Of a stretch of DNA of 64,000 bases, positions 23,407 through 37,507 are shown in pieces. The position numbers and the translations under genes were made by a program. The notes below the pieces were generated by a model, which had not been told where the DNA came from, made no database searches, and saw only the letters and a program-made list of their open reading frames with translations. The DNA lies in assembly GCA_964036045.1 (NCBI GenBank), contig OZ038378.1, positions 198,834,001-198,898,000 of the forward strand. Direction: 5' to 3'. Origin of the DNA: Eutreptiella sp. 'Long Island Sound 2002' (lineage: Eukaryota > Protista > Euglenida). How positions within the stretch are numbered: the first letter of the stretch is position 1; each line of letters opens with the position of its first letter.

Positions 23407-24859
23407 TGTGGGTACTCCCTCCTACCTCTTAGCAACAGCAGGCAAGTAAGCAGGCAGTACCGGGGGCCATAACCCCGGGGTAACAGTATCTGGGACTCAA
23501 CGTGAGTCCTCTTAACCAGAAACAACCCCAAACACCGCCGGGGCTTAACTCCCGAACGTAACGGTGTTTGGGGCCCCCGTGGGCCTTTTGAGCCCATGGA
23601 GTGTACTGAGGCGTGGCTACCAGCTGTACTGTGGCCTGCCATACCCATTTCTGGGCTCGCCTCAGTACGGCCGGTCGAGTCCGGCTCTGGGGGTTGCGCA
23701 CTAAACTGGCCCCGGGGGGGGGGCATTTACCCTGTTAAGCATTAGTTACGGCAGTAGGCACTATTCATTACGTTAGGGTATTACTCAGCGCATTTGTTTA
23801 CCCCGCAGACATGCCCCTTCCAGTGGTGCGCTCACCTTTGGGGCTGCCTTTGGGGGATCGGGGGCTGTTACCCCTCCCGGACGCCCTCCCTGGTGTTGGC
23901 GCCGGGGTGGTGGCCGGGGGGCCTTATACCGTACCTAAAGGATGTTGGATACCGATACCGGGGCGTCCTACCGGACGGGGACAGGGACTGTGTCTCCGGG
24001 CATTGCCATCTGGCTTACAATCGACTGACCCATATTCAACGGCTGTTGGTACGGAAGCCTGCTCCACTCCAGTCCTCAACCACTCAGGCCAGCTGCATAT
24101 TCCTCCACATACCCTCGCACATGTTGCAGGGCGGGGGGTCGTTGTTGGGGCCCCCCGCGCATGTCCGCGCCACTGGCCATCCTCTCCTCCCAGGCACCGC
24201 GCCTCTGCTAGGGCGGGGGCCCCTCACATGCACCCTCCAGGGCCCTTTCCACCTGCACACCTGGACGCTTGCCATGAAGACCCCGCATTGGAGCCTCCTC
24301 GTCGGCGCGCCCGGGCCCAGTTGTTCACGCGGCCGGCCGCCGATGCGGGGCCCTGGAGGCGCGCCGCACGGGCGCTGCCAGCCTGTGAGAGGGGCAAGGG
24401 CAGGAGAAGGGGGTGGGGGGGGGGCAGTGGGCAGGGGAGGCGGCACGGAGTGGCTGCGGGAGGTAGTGCATGGGGGGCACCGAGAGCTGCATGGGGGTGT
24501 GTGGGATGGAGTTGGGGCAGAGGGCCCTGTGGGTGGGGCAAAGGCGCGGGGGGGGCGCATGTCCGGGCTCCTGCGTGGGCTGGTGCGTGGGCGGGCGCGT
24601 AGGGGAAGAGAGGAGGGGGAGGCTTGGTCAGCCGTCCTCTACGGAGGGTCGCTGACCGTTCCCAGGGCCAAGGCGGCCGGCACTAGGGGCCGCGGGGTCC
24701 CTGGGGATGGTGCTTGGCCCTGGGACGTGCGCGCACCCGACACTGTTAGTACACCGCCTATTGGCAGTGCCCGGGCCCTGTCGTCGGGGGCTTCGCACCC
24801 GGCACCCAGCCCGTGAGTAGAGCTGGGGAGTACTCAGGGTGCGGTGTGGTGTGGTGTGC

Positions 24860-27800
24860 CAAAGATGCTGCTGGGCTCGCCTCCATTCATGGGATTGCTC
24901 TCTGCACTCCCAGATATGTCATGCTGTCTCTTGGCGGTTGCCGCACAGCCAGCACAGCATACAAAGCCATACATTTGTGTGCTCTGAGCGCTCTACCAGC
25001 ACCATCATGGTGGGGAGGTTGCATGTGCGGTGCGCCGAGAGGTGCTAGTGTTTTCATGCATGAACCAATCCGAGGGCAACCCCAGGCCTTGCCGGTAGTT
25101 TTTGCCCCACCGGTGCTCGCACTGCACCTGCATTAGGACAATTGCTTGCTCCTAGAGCAGGTTTGACAGGCCAATTCATAGTGGTCCCGAAATTGGTCCG
25201 CTGGAACAAAAGACAAGTGGTTCATGCCTTCACCAAGTGTCCAGGCTCCGGGGATGTGTGCTAGGCATCCGTGGCCGATTCCAAGTCCGGGACGACCAAG
25301 TTTTCCCGCTCCCGCTCTGCAAGCTAGTGGACGCTTTGGAGGAGGGCTGTGGTGTTTCCTTCCAAGGAGATTCCCACACCGGAGGCCACATAGGTGTTGT
25401 ACTAGCTTGGTGTGCGCTTGGATAGCCAGGGCATGGCCATTCTTGCAAAGGTGATCCCCTCCATCGTCACGTTGGTTCGCTACATGGTGGCAAGTTGCGG
25501 CAGCTCATGGAACTAGATACCTGGCAAGCCTGCAGGTAGTGGGGGTGGCCGTTGCCCCTTGGTCGGGGGCAGTGGTGTATTTGCACCAAAATGTTCCTAC
25601 AGGTGGGTGCGGAAGGTGCGGAGTGCGGTCTAGCTCCAAGTGCAGGGCCTCTACCGTGTGAAGGGCTATGTAGAGGGGCCCTTTGTGGGGTGTCCTTCAT
25701 GCTAGTGTGGTAGGCACTTCGCGGGGCCATTGCTTCTACCGTGACATTGATCCATGGGCGCGGCATCAACGTGCTCAAGCCTATGGTTAGAAAGTGCGGT
25801 GACTGGGACACCTATTCCCAATACTCTCAAGCGGGTTGCCCCAAGTGCCATACCATAGGGCCTTCAGTGGCATTGTGTCATGCTGCACTAAGCATGGACC
25901 ATTGATACTCCTGCAGGCACACATGTAGAGGGGGTGCTCCACTTGAACTTGGATCCCCAGGGTCACCAAGAGCTTGTGTAAGCGGGTGTCACTCGGGAGT
26001 GTCCCAGGGGCCGTTGCACAGGATGAGTATCACAGCCCACCCCAGTGCACCCATACTGCCCCCCCCCCCCCCTAGCTATGACAACTTGTATTGCTTGGCC
26101 GTGCTAGTGCACAACCGTCACCCAGTTGGTCTTGGCTTGCGGGCCCCCAACGACCGCCGTGGCCTAGTATGGTGGTATCTTGCCGGGTGACCAACACTTT
26201 GGGGCTTGCTTCCACCGAGGCGTGGGCCACACCAGCAAGGGTTGAAGGTCTACACCACTCCCACACCATGGGCATTGCTCGCCCCTTGGGAGCCCATGCA
26301 CACAGGTCCCACCACTGCACAATGTGCCATCTGGGGCATAATAATCCCCCAAGTGGTGATAGCCCACAGCCGAGGCGGCTGTGTAGACTACGGGGGGCAA
26401 GTGGGAATGGGATATGTCTCGGGGGGAGCACCTGACGCAGCATGCGCGCGGCACAGAGATTTGGCCACCTATCCTAACCAAGCAACTGTGCTTACCACCA
26501 CGGGGTTTTCTCTCTGTAGGGACCATTTTAGGAGGGGGAAGAGCCTAGGCCGTTCCGGGAACACGACGTAAAAGTAGCGCGCGGTGCGCGGCGTAGATAC
26601 TCCCCCTCGGTACGGGTTGCAATGCACAACGATATGTAGGGGCATATCCTCCGGTACCTGTCCCCGCTGTTGCTGGCCCCCGCACAAGGGCTAGAGTAGT
26701 TCCCCGTCAGTTGCATGGGTGCCACATGGGTAAGCCAATTCACCACCATTTGCAAGGTACTCGGCGCAACAGTTGGGGCAATGGCAATGGTGGGGATGAC
26801 GACCTGGGGCCATGACCACCGGGGAGCCGCCGTGCAAGGCTTGGTACTCCGATAGGAGGTGGTGTGCACCCACCGGAAGTGCTCCTAGACCCGAGCCCCC
26901 TACCGGACCCACTCTTGCAAGGTCGCAATTTGCCAGGACTGCTCCGAGCAGTGGAGGCCTAGGCAGCCGTCCCCCTAGAGTACAAACAGTGCCTTCGTAT
27001 GGGCGTGGCGGGACGTGCCCATGATATATTTCCAGTGGCACATCAAGAGGGCATCGTTGCTTGCATGGATGGCTTTGTAGAATTTTGGGGGGGCATTGGC
27101 TTGGAGTATCATCGTGGCCTCATCTTATGACATCCGCTTGGGTTGCATTTGGCCCTAGATCTCCGCCTTGATGGCTGACATGTCGCTGGGGGGGCTGTGG
27201 GCCACCCCTGTAGGTATACATGGGCCCTCATATATTGGAGGACCGGAGACAATAGGAGGGCGCTGGAGCCCCACAAGGCTACCTCTTGGGCCCTCAGGCT
27301 GTCCGTCATCCAAGATGACCCCACATATGCCCCCACTACTGCCGGGGCCAGAGATTGAAGCACCAGCAGGTCCGGTGTGGCGCCATGCTGGCCGGCGTGC
27401 GACCCGCAAGAGCCCCTAGAAGTGCACACATTGGTCCACCAGCACCCCTTGTATCGGCTGGCGGTCATCCCAGCGGCAGCTCCAGCAGTTGGCTCTGCAG
27501 GGGTCTCAGTGGCATGGAATAGGTGTACCCCTCTGTTGTGGTGTGGTGTGGTGTGCCGATGCGCTGTTGCCGGATGGCGGTGGCCGGGATGCCTTGCACG
27601 CGGGTAATGGAAAACAGGAGGGCTGTGTGTCTAAACGCGCGCTGTGTGTAGCGCACCTGTGGCAGAGGGCCGTCAGTCTCTCTTGGGCCGGGCGGCTGCT
27701 GTCCAGGGCAGGGCAGGACCTTCGGGGGGTCAAGTTGACGCACTCGGAGCACCCCCCCCCCCCCCCACACACACACAAAAGACAGCGGGGACACGAACCC

Positions 27801-29920
27801 CCCTCCCCGAGAGTGAGCGCCCGTGCAAACGGGCACGCCTGAGAGGAGAGGGCGACCCGTGGAGAGGCATGGGCGAGCGAGCATGGAAGCATCGTAAGAC
27901 CTCAAGGCCAGAGGCTCTGGCCTAGGTGAGGGTGGCGTACACGGAGGGCGCCAGTGCAGACACCACGAGTGTCATTCTCTGAAGCAAAGGGGCCCGCCTC
28001 TCTGACCCACCTGCAGACCCATACAGGCCTTCCTCTATAATATGGCGCCCACCCCCCCCCCCCCCCACACACACACTTTATCCCCATTCTCCTCTGTCCA
28101 GCCAGCCCTTTGGGGGCGGAATTCACCAAAAAGCGTTGCATTTGTCGTTTGGCACTGTGTTATGCTCCGGTGCAGCTGTGATAGGGTGTGTGCTGAGGCC
28201 TCGTGTATATATACCCCTGAGGCTTGTTTGCACGTGTACCATGCACAGTGTGGCACATAAGAAACGCCCTTGTTGAAGGAACACGAGGCGTTGCTTCCGT
28301 CATTTGCCGTTGCTTGTTGCTTGGACAAAAGGGGAGGGATTTGATAAGGCGCAACGGCGTAGTGTGTGTTGTCTGTTGCTCGTGAGTTTAGGGTGAATCA
28401 GGAAGCAGGTACACACAAGTGCAGGTAGAAGTATGCCGCATCACCATGGAGTTTGTCTGAACTGGCTCCCTTGTGGCCCAGGTTGCCCTTCGGACAGCCC
28501 ACAACTCGCCACAGGCACAACTGTGCGCCATGTTTGTGCAATAAAGGCCCTCTTACCCCAGATGGTGACCTGCCCCAGCACATCCGGCAACAGTGAGATG
28601 GCGCACGGAATTGACTCACAAAGGTTCGCAGCTGCCCATCAACATCCCCGCAGGCTATTTCCCAATAGCCTCCTGCTGTCCCGGAAAAGGGGTAGCCCCC
28701 TTCGCTAATCAACTCCAATGAGGGCCCGGGAGGATGGTACTGGGATTCCAATGCCGTCAGCCTTTGGGAGAGAGGCTTGGGGGAGGAGCTGAAGGAATAT
28801 GTGTAAGCAGAGGGGGCTTGGATAGGAGCTGAGGGGGAGGGGTGGGATGGGAGTGTACCACCAGTCTTGACTGCTCCTGAAACACCTTCCCTGAAGGTGC
28901 TACTGCAGACCTGTCATGTCGTTTCAGGCTCCCCCACGATGGCTACAAGGCCACCACAGACCCTGGGCGACCCAAACCCAGGGAAGCCCAACACATGCCC
29001 ACGCACATGCACACATGCATACACAACCATGTTAATTCATGGTCCTGGCTAGGGGCACCAAGGCTCTACCCAAAGCAGTCATTGGCGTATCTGCGCTCAC
29101 CCGTGAGCAGTGGCAGCCATTGCACATCCCAAAATGGGCCGCGGTGTCAGGGACACATGGGCAGTGGTGCACAGTCCAAGAAATGATGCGCGAGGTTGGG
29201 GGGCCCAGCCACCCGACCACAGGATCAGGTCTGCACGTGTTGAAACTGGTGAGGCTTGCCAGACATCACACGCACGGCAGCCCCCAGGCTGAAGGGGAGG
29301 CCATGGGATACTGTGGGGCAGGGGCTGCAAGGGGGCAGATCTGGGGCAGAGGGGTAAGGGCCCGGCAAAGCCTTTGGTGACCTGCAGTTCTGGGCCCTGA
29401 GCCATGGGCGGTGGTCAGGGAAGGGGCCTCTTATGCTATTGCAGCCACGTTCCGGCAGCGTCACCCCATGGGCCCTTTGTGCAGCACGACAATTGAAATG
29501 GGTGGGGGGGGGGGTCGCATTAAGCCCCTGAGATTGGCAGGTGGGGGGGCGGGACAGACCTCTGGAAGGGCTGTAGCTTTTTTTCTGTGTGTCAATTACA
29601 TGCTATTGCAGGCCAGGGCTGCGGTTTGGCGGTTGGCACACCCATGGCCAGGCTATCAAACAGGATGTTCCCGCGCAACAGTGAGGGGGACCCAGCGGTT
29701 GGGTAGTGGGCGCCAATGCACAATGCCTTTCAACAATAGGCCGAGCCATGTCAGCAATCCTGAGCCTCTCTGGAGCCGGTCCCATTCCCGAGTCCAGTGC
29801 CCCACCGGTACCACCCGGGTCGGTATGTCTCCGAGCATCATCGCGCCTCAAACCCTCGGTGCCAACCTGGGACATGGCGGAATCGAACTCTTGCTCCGTC
29901 AAAGACAGCCACTTTTTTTG
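24860..29920 (-). mobile_element. Heavily decayed non-LTR retrotransposon (RT thumb to Zn knuckle), interrupted by other repeats
   Basis: Minus-strand CWLCGNRQETA*HIWEC (24903-24953, CCHC knuckle) and KALFVL*GDGCLGLHC (~26950-26995, resembles the LINE thumb GGLGL motif). Weaker RT-like remnants lie at ~28480-28690 and ~29650-29900. Many stops and frameshifts. The outer boundaries are uncertain. Confidence 0.55.
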
Positions 29921-32900
29921 GAACCCGCCAGCCCTCTGGAGCCCAATTAAGGGGCATATCTGGACAGGGGGCTCAAAGGGACCACCACTCACCCGCCCAC
30001 CCCCACCCCCACCACCATGTCCAGTTTCAAGGGCCCTTTCCGCGTGCCCACAGGGAAAGACCAATGGGGGCACATTGCCGTTGGCCCCTCACTTGAGCAC
30101 CTTTGGAATTGTTATATTCGTCAGCAAACTCCTGAGGGTGGCCAAAACCACCACCTCGCTTGTGGTCACCAGGGGCTTAAAGGGGACGGGGTGCGCAATA
30201 CACCCACCCGGAACCATTCCCTTGTGTGCCTGGCAATCCCTTTGATCCCGGACCCTGTGCAGCTCAGCAGAGGGGCCACTTGGTCAACTTAACCCACACG
30301 CACACCTCTTGTGCAAGTCGAGGGGGGCGGGTATGAGCAAGCTGGCCACAGCAAGGTTATGGGTTTCGTAATGCTGCCGTGCAAATTCTAAAGATTTGCA
30401 AAAATAATTAATTCCTGGCACAAGGTGTTGTTGTCCGCAAAAAAAAATGCAAAAAAAATAATTATTGGCTTCATGCCTTACGCAAAAATGGGTTCCGCAA
30501 AAAAAAAATATTCGAGGTGCCTTGCCGAAGGCAATAGAATTTGTTTGTTGGTTGTTTGTACAAAGCGAGGGTTTCTCCTAGGGGAAAACAGGCCCACTCG
30601 CCCAAATCAACTAAACAAAACGCGACCACAGGGGTGGCTCGCCAGGCTGTGCGCGCGACGGAGGTACAGCCTTCGTACTTATTTTTCTGTCATTTCCCAT
30701 GAGGCAGCTGTGGAGCGCTTTGCTGCTGCTGCACACGATTGTACCACTGCACGTCATCTTCGAGGGTGCAACAGACCGATGTCACCCCGCAAACACAAAC
30801 TGGTAGACCTGAACCATGCTTGTTGGTGCTTATCTGTGCTATGGACTGCAATCCCACAGTCCAACTGATCGACATTTGGATGCCTGTGTAGGAATGGACT
30901 GCAATCCCAGAGTCCAAGGTACGCACGGTTTCTTGCAGTAGCAACAAAATGAATCAACCCCAATCCCCAAAATGCAAAAAAAAACCGCAAAAAAATTAAT
31001 TTTTGGTCTAACACCCTACGCAAAAATGGGTTCCGCCCAAAAAATGGCCAAAAAAAAAATAATTTTAGCCCATTTTTGCCCATTTTGGATGCTGCCGCAA
31101 AATTTTTGCTTATTATTAATTCAAAACACCCAACACAAAAATTAGGATTCCGCGAAACTTTAGGATCTGCCCGGTATTGCTCTGCTCATGGTGGTGATTT
31201 GAACGGTGAAGACGCCTTGAGGGAGCGTTAGTACGCATGGCGTGCGCATGGCAAATTTTTGGGTCACTTATGATTCCTACCTCTGTTTTTGGGGTGGATT
31301 CTACCCCTCGGATGGGTGAGTGGGTGGGTGGGATGGGGCAATTTGGTACTATTTCTCCTCGTGGACTTGCCCCCTTCTGGTTGGGGATATGGACCGGCCC
31401 CTTTCCCTCACCCATTGTCCCCCAATTCGCCTAGTCTAATGTGTTTCAAGGCTACAAGGTGCATCTATGTGTATTGGCAAATAGGCACGCTGAGTTGGGT
31501 ACATGGTGATACATTCAGCATGTCTGCTGCGGAGCATCAGTTTTTGCCCCAACCTCTTTTGCTATTTGCTATGTGTTATGGAGTTGAGCATTGGGGATAG
31601 AATGTTCTACACCAGGTCTACTAGGCTTCGGGTACCCGCGAAGGTGGTTGGCCTTTTGCACAATGGGCATGTGGAGTTGGGGTATGATCAAGGTGGTGTG
31701 CAGGTCGTCAATCATCGATGCCTTATGGACTCCATCTCCTTCTGTATCCCCAGTCTCGAGTCTCCATCACCATCCCCATCAATGCCCGCAATTGATGTCC
31801 CTCCGGAAGTTCCTTTGGACCGCCTTGTTGATTGAAGCCCCGTTCCCCCAACACGACCATCATCACATTCCCCAGGCTTCATTGTGTAATGGTGAATTTG
31901 GGGACTGCATCTGGGAAAGTCATAATAAAAGTTGCGCGCATGGCGTGCGCAGGGCAAACACTCCCCCTGTTGTCAGATGGGCGGATGCGCTCGGGATCAA
32001 GACAAGGGGATGTGGTGTTGCTGCAGATCTGTCGAACCTTGCTGTTTGAGCTTTGATTGAAATGCGCCATGGCCAGTCGGCCTAAGTACACTTTCTTTTA
32101 TTGTGCCGAGCGGCACCGTTTCTTTTCTTATTGACCGCGTTGCGTGTGGTCAAGAATGGGAGATGGCATGTTTGTGAGCTGCGTGTAATGGGATGCAGGG
32201 GCTTGGTGCACGCAATGCAAGTAATCCCTCATAGCACCATTGCACTAGACATGACAATCTTCTGCTTCAAACTGCAACCCACATGGGATGTCAAGTGAGC
32301 TGTTGCTGCAATGGGCCCAAAGCCCCCCGCCCCCCCCCCCCCCCCCGAGCCACTTGCATGTGGGTCGTTTACAAGCACGGCATCCACATCTGACCGTTCC
32401 CCAGACTGCGACTGCGCTTGTGTAAGTGGCACGGGGTTCAATTCATGTGACTGTCTGTGAATTGGGGCTCCCCTGTTGGGCTCCATCATGACCGTCCGAT
32501 TGTGTTCGCCGCTTCAACGGTGCCGCTCAGGGACCATTGCATTCTGCAGCGGCGAACTGTGTTGAGCCTCCTGCTGTCATGTGGAACCCCAACGCTTCTC
32601 GGCCTTCCAGTTGTGCCCGGTCTTCCTCTTGCACATGATGTTCTGCTCTTTCTGATGCGCCTGCTGCTGCGGCGGCGCATGCCTCATCTTTTGACTGTTG
32701 GTTTCTGACAGTCTCGACCTGATGTGACCCCGTTCAGAGTCTTTGAAAGCTTTGAACGTGTCTTGTGTGGGTGTGTGAGTGTGCGTGGGATGTTGGGTGT
32801 GTGTGTGCGCACGTGCACGCGGGCGCATGTGAGCGGGTCGTTATAACGGAGGATCGGTTACTGCTGCCGCTGGTGGCATGGGACCTGTGTGACCTGTGTT

Positions 32901-33035
32901 ACAGTAGCTCAAGGGCAGACCAGGGCGGGTCTTTGGGCTGCCGTACAGTGGCGTCTTGGTTCGCAGGAGTGCATCAGGAGCCCCTCTGTTTTGGCGTATC
33001 TTGGGAACACCCCCTATGCGCCAGCACGCTGAAAG

Positions 33036-33400
33036 TTAGGAAACTACGGTCAGATGGGGTCCCCGTGCTTGGACAAGGCCGTGCTTGCGCGCGACGTGCG
33101 GTACCAAAGAACGTATGTAGCGACAACCTGCCCATCTGTCACCGTACCCACCATTGGATTGGGTTGCAAGGAGGACACAGTCCAGAAGAGCATGATGCTC
33201 AATCTCATGCCCATCGCACTTGCCCTTCTGATTCACGGGTGATGGCAACGTTTTGTAAGGGGGTGGAGCTGGGGTGGACAATCCATCTCAGACTCTGCAG
33301 GCGTGTTCCCCAGTCAGTTCTAGGCCCACAAGCTGCTGCAGCGCCAGACAACTCTTATGTCCCAAACAACTGGGCGTTGCCTCGGTCAATTTCTGTGCAC
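33036..33400 (-). mobile_element. Possible LINE C-terminal remnant
   Basis: DGHEIEHHALLDC resembles the Zn-knuckle-like segments at 11988-12045 and ~43040-43095. There is no other support. Confidence 0.3.
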
Positions 33401-34346
33401 CAGCGGTTGTTTGGACCAGACGTATGTTGGTGGATTCGGCCCAATGCGTTGGTTGCGCTGTGTCTGTTCCCGTGCGGTCGCTTGGCTGGGCTGCCCAAAA
33501 GGTTTTGGGGATGCCTGACTGCCGCTTTTCCAAAATATTGGGGCATGTCTCGGGACACGCACTGCAGCACATCACAGGACCCCACCGGCAGCGGGCTGCT
33601 GCCATCTGACCTTCAGGCAGTGTCAATGAAGCTTAAAAATGTAGATACTTCAGTCATATGCCGCTACTGTAAATCGACTCCGGTCGCCTTCCGACATGGG
33701 TTGCTTTGGTCACACACAAGGCTCCATCCGCTGCTTACCGCCGAAGTTTCTGTGCCTATGAGCCTGCCTCACGCCGGTGCATTAAGGCAGGATTGGTGGA
33801 CGTTGTTGCATGCTAACCCATAGGCCACCGCGTCCCTGCCTGTAATAAGGGTGTAGTACCCCAAGGAAAGCGCCTGGTGAGGTGCGGGGTGCGATTGAGG
33901 CAGTCTCGATTCTAAATTCTTGAGTTTCAGTTGCTCATGGTTCTTTCTGTTTTGTATGCCTGCTACCATTCAACAGTGTTCTGGATCCCACGACTCTTGG
34001 TGCACTTTGCCCAACACTTCAAGGTTCATGTGGTCACCACATTTCCCCCCCATTTTTCCTGACTTAGCCCATTTTGAGGATAGTGTGCCGGTAACATTGC
34101 AGAAACGGGTAGTTCTGAGCCCTGTGATTCTGAGCAACAAATTGGACCATACTTTTTTGCAAATTTTCTGTGGCCCCCATGGGGCAGGGTGAGGGCCGGC
34201 AGCAATGTGGCCATGTGGACAACTCCAAGGGGCAACATGCAGGGGGGAAGTGTCACACGAGTGTAAAGAAGTGTCACGCGAGTCGAAAGTGTCACGCAAG
34301 TGTAAAGAAGTGTCACGCGAGTGTACTCGCATGACACTCAAGAAAA

Positions 34347-34350
<4 letters not shown>

Positions 34351-34382
<32 letters not shown>
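34351..34382. repeat. (AT)16 microsatellite
   Basis: Read directly. Confidence 0.97.
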
Positions 34383-34387
<5 letters not shown>

Positions 34388-34993
34388 AAGGTGTGAAGCC
34401 CCCCCCCCCCCCCACCCCCGTGACTTGGGGACGATTGGAGGGCAAGTAAGGGCCACACCCCCTATTTTAAGGGTGGGGAACACAAATAAACACCTCTGAG
34501 AAGGTTTCTGGATAGTTGGGGTGGAGCATTTGGGCGCACAAAGGTGTGGGTAGGGCTAAAAAAAGGGCATGACATCACCAAAAATAGGGTCCTAACCAGT
34601 GAACTAAAAATAGCAAAATATGCAAGGTTGGCTCAAAAACTGGTACGCTGGGGTGTAGGTGCCCCTTCCCCTGCCCCTAGTGGGGCAAAAGGGTGATGAA
34701 TGGATCCAACGGAAGGCATTGACGGCAATGGTGTGGGGTGTTGGTGGGTTTTGTGATGTAGAGAGGGCTATTTTTAGGATTTTGAGGCTATTTTTGGGAT
34801 GATGTCACTCGGTAAGAAATACCTATTTTTAGCAACTTTGAAGGGTCATAGCGGCCCACCACCGTCTCCAATCACTCTAATTCCTCTTTTTTTGAATTTC
34901 TCGACCCAAAAATAGGGGGAGGAGGTCCTTGGCCCCAACCCAACCGCGGCCAGTGGGTCCGTGGAGGGGGGGGGGGGGCTCACACCTTGTGCC
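34383..34993. mobile_element. MITE family C (611 bp) inserted in an (AT)n tract
   Basis: TIRs ggcataaggtgtgaagcccccccccccc ... ggggggggggggctcacaccttgtgcc, with (AT)16 on the left and atatat on the right. Confidence 0.8.
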
Positions 34994-35139
34994 ATATATG
35001 GATATATATTACTACACCCCTCTCCCCTTAAATTTAGCTAACAAGCAACAAGCAAGCAATAACAACAACAAGCACGTCACCATTCCGTTTTGGCCATTGC
35101 CCCTTCCCATCGCCTCGGGCTTGACTCTACTTTAGCCAT

Positions 35140-35850
35140 CCTAGAGCCTAGGTGGTGCCCTTGCCAAATCCAAGTTTTGGGCCGAAAACTCACCGGTGGC
35201 GGCCCAGGGCGTGGGCGCCAAGTCAGGAAGTGCCCTCCCAAATCTGCGCAGTTTTGGGCCAAAAATAGCAATTTTTTGTCCAAAATAGCCCCCGAATCTG
35301 GGCGAAACGCCCAAACGAAGGGAAACAGTGGATACACTACACGTGAGGCTTGACTTCACCGTGTCAAAGAGCCCTCTAGTGCCCTTCAACTCCACGATAT
35401 GTCCGAGAAACGGCCCAAAAAGGCGCCAAAAAGCCCCAAAATTTGCGCAATGTGCACCAACACCCCGAAACCAAGCACGGGCCGTATCTTGGGCTACGTG
35501 GCTCAAAATCCGATTCCGAGGGCACCTAGTCCACTCGCAGCCCCCTACTTTTTGTGGTTTCCACCCCTCGGAATCGCCCAAACGGACGCCTAGACCCCCG
35601 TACCATTGGTCACTTGGTGCAGCCGGAGGGCAGCCCAGCCCGCGCATAGTGGGTGCCAACGGTTGGTCCACCAGGGTCCCCCGGGCGAAAAAAATCATTT
35701 TTTCCAAAGTTGTTCCCGGACCACTTGGGAAGCTCAAACAGGTGTTTTTAGTCCGTTTTAAGCCCATGGTGGCGCGTTTTGGCCCATGGAAAATCCCAAA
35801 GTGCCTTGAAAATGGGCCGTTTTGGGACCAAAAATGGGTCAAGGCCATGG
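35140..35850 (-). repeat. Dispersed repeat related to R1
   Basis: 35790-35850 is the reverse complement of 1590-1650. Similar motifs occur at 14466-14750. The ORFs spanning it look spurious. Confidence 0.65.
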
Positions 35851-37507
35851 ACGCCGAGAAGACGGGCGCACTACGAGCTCAGGGTGCGCCCAACACTCCG
35901 GAGGCATCTGAGAATGCTTTCAACGACCTTGCGGGCATTGCGGCGACCTGCTCTCTAGCCGAGGCGGTGCTCTCGGTGGCCGATGAGGGCGATCCGGGCC
36001 TCAACATCAAGAGGGCCACTGTGGCATTGGCACTTTTCGAGGACGAGCTGTGCAATGCACCCGACAATGCATTGCACAGCTCCAAGAAGCAGTGCTAGAG
36101 CTGCTACCGAATAGTTTTTGAGGGGAGGGGGCTGTGCTGTTTTGCCCCCCTACCTCCGTGTTGCTACAGGGGAGCCCAGCCCCTGTCCCTTTGCCGCCTA
36201 GACCGCAAGGGCAAGGGGAGGGAGGCTGTGCTCCAGGGTTGCCACTGCTGCAGGAGCCGCAGGCCATGCGCACGAAGAGTGGAAATGTAGGAGCGCAGCC
36301 GGCGTTGCACCCCGCTGTCCAGGGGCGTCCCGGGGGCCGGCTGGCTAACGTAGCCGCTGGCCCGTCGGAGGAGCCTCGCGAGGAGCAGCAGCCGGCTTCG
36401 CCGACCGCCACCACCGAAGGACTGTTTTGCTAGGGGAAGGGGGATTGCAATCACCCCCTCCCCGCACAAGATGGGACCGATGCACGCCTTATGTTGGCGG
36501 CCCCGTACCGGGGTGGGTGGGCGCCCGTGAAGGCAAACCGAGGGGTGCAAAATCCGGGGCGGCAACCGGCCTCTCAAGCCGCCGCAGCCAAGGGGCTGCC
36601 TTGCTGGGGGGAGGGGGATCACAATCACCCCCTCCCCACGCAAAATGGGGGCAGTGCACGCCCCATGCTTAAGTTGCCACACAAGGGAACAGCGCAGTGG
36701 GCGCATGGGTCGACAGCCCCCTACTGGGGGGGGGGGGGGGCACCGGTGGAGGCGCCCCCAGGGGTGACGGAACTGGCGGAGCTCGGCACGGATGGGTGGA
36801 GGGCACCAGGAAGGGTGCATGGGCAGGCCAGCAGTGAAGTCACCTGAGCCCTTGGCGTGGGTCCTTCTCTTGCGCCGTGTACACTAAAGGTGAGGCTTGG
36901 GGGGCGGCACGGTGGCTTTGCCACGTCGTGCTTCAGCGCCGACCCCTGTACGCACAGCATGGTGGACCTAAATAGGCTAACCTCTTTGCGGTGGCTTTGA
37001 ATCCATTAGAAACTCACTCTCTTGAACGGCACAATCGCGGTGTGGTTCCTCTGCCGCACGGGCACGTGTACCGTGTGTTGCCCTTGGCTGCAACAGCCGT
37101 GCCTAATGCGGCCCCTGGGCCAAGATGCCATCTTGTCCCGTGACAAGGTGATAGATGGTACAGGGCCACATTGTCTCACAGGTTATTGTGTCCCGTCAAT
37201 GAGTGATGTGAACGCGGCTTGGACTGCATGAGCATGTTAAAACAGGACGGATAGGACCACAAGATGTGGTGCAACCCCAAGCTCCCATTCTTTTAGGGGT
37301 GAGGTGTCATGAAGCACATTGTGGAATTGGTGTATGTTGGCGGTGTTGCACTCCATGCCCACAAGGGACGCTACCGTGGGCCCTGCAGGCCAAATACACA
37401 GGGCAGAATGTGTTTGTCTCTGGAAGGGGCCAAGCGCTGTGCTTGGCGGATACCATCGGGGGGGGGGGGGTTGCCCGGCACGCGCCCGCCGCACTACTGT
37501 TGTATTA

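Noticed and set aside
15774-23472. ORFs of 300-990 aa rich in Cys/Gly
   Set aside because: They are translations of 47- and 94-bp units cycling through all three frames (47-aa and 94-aa periods), with no unique domain.
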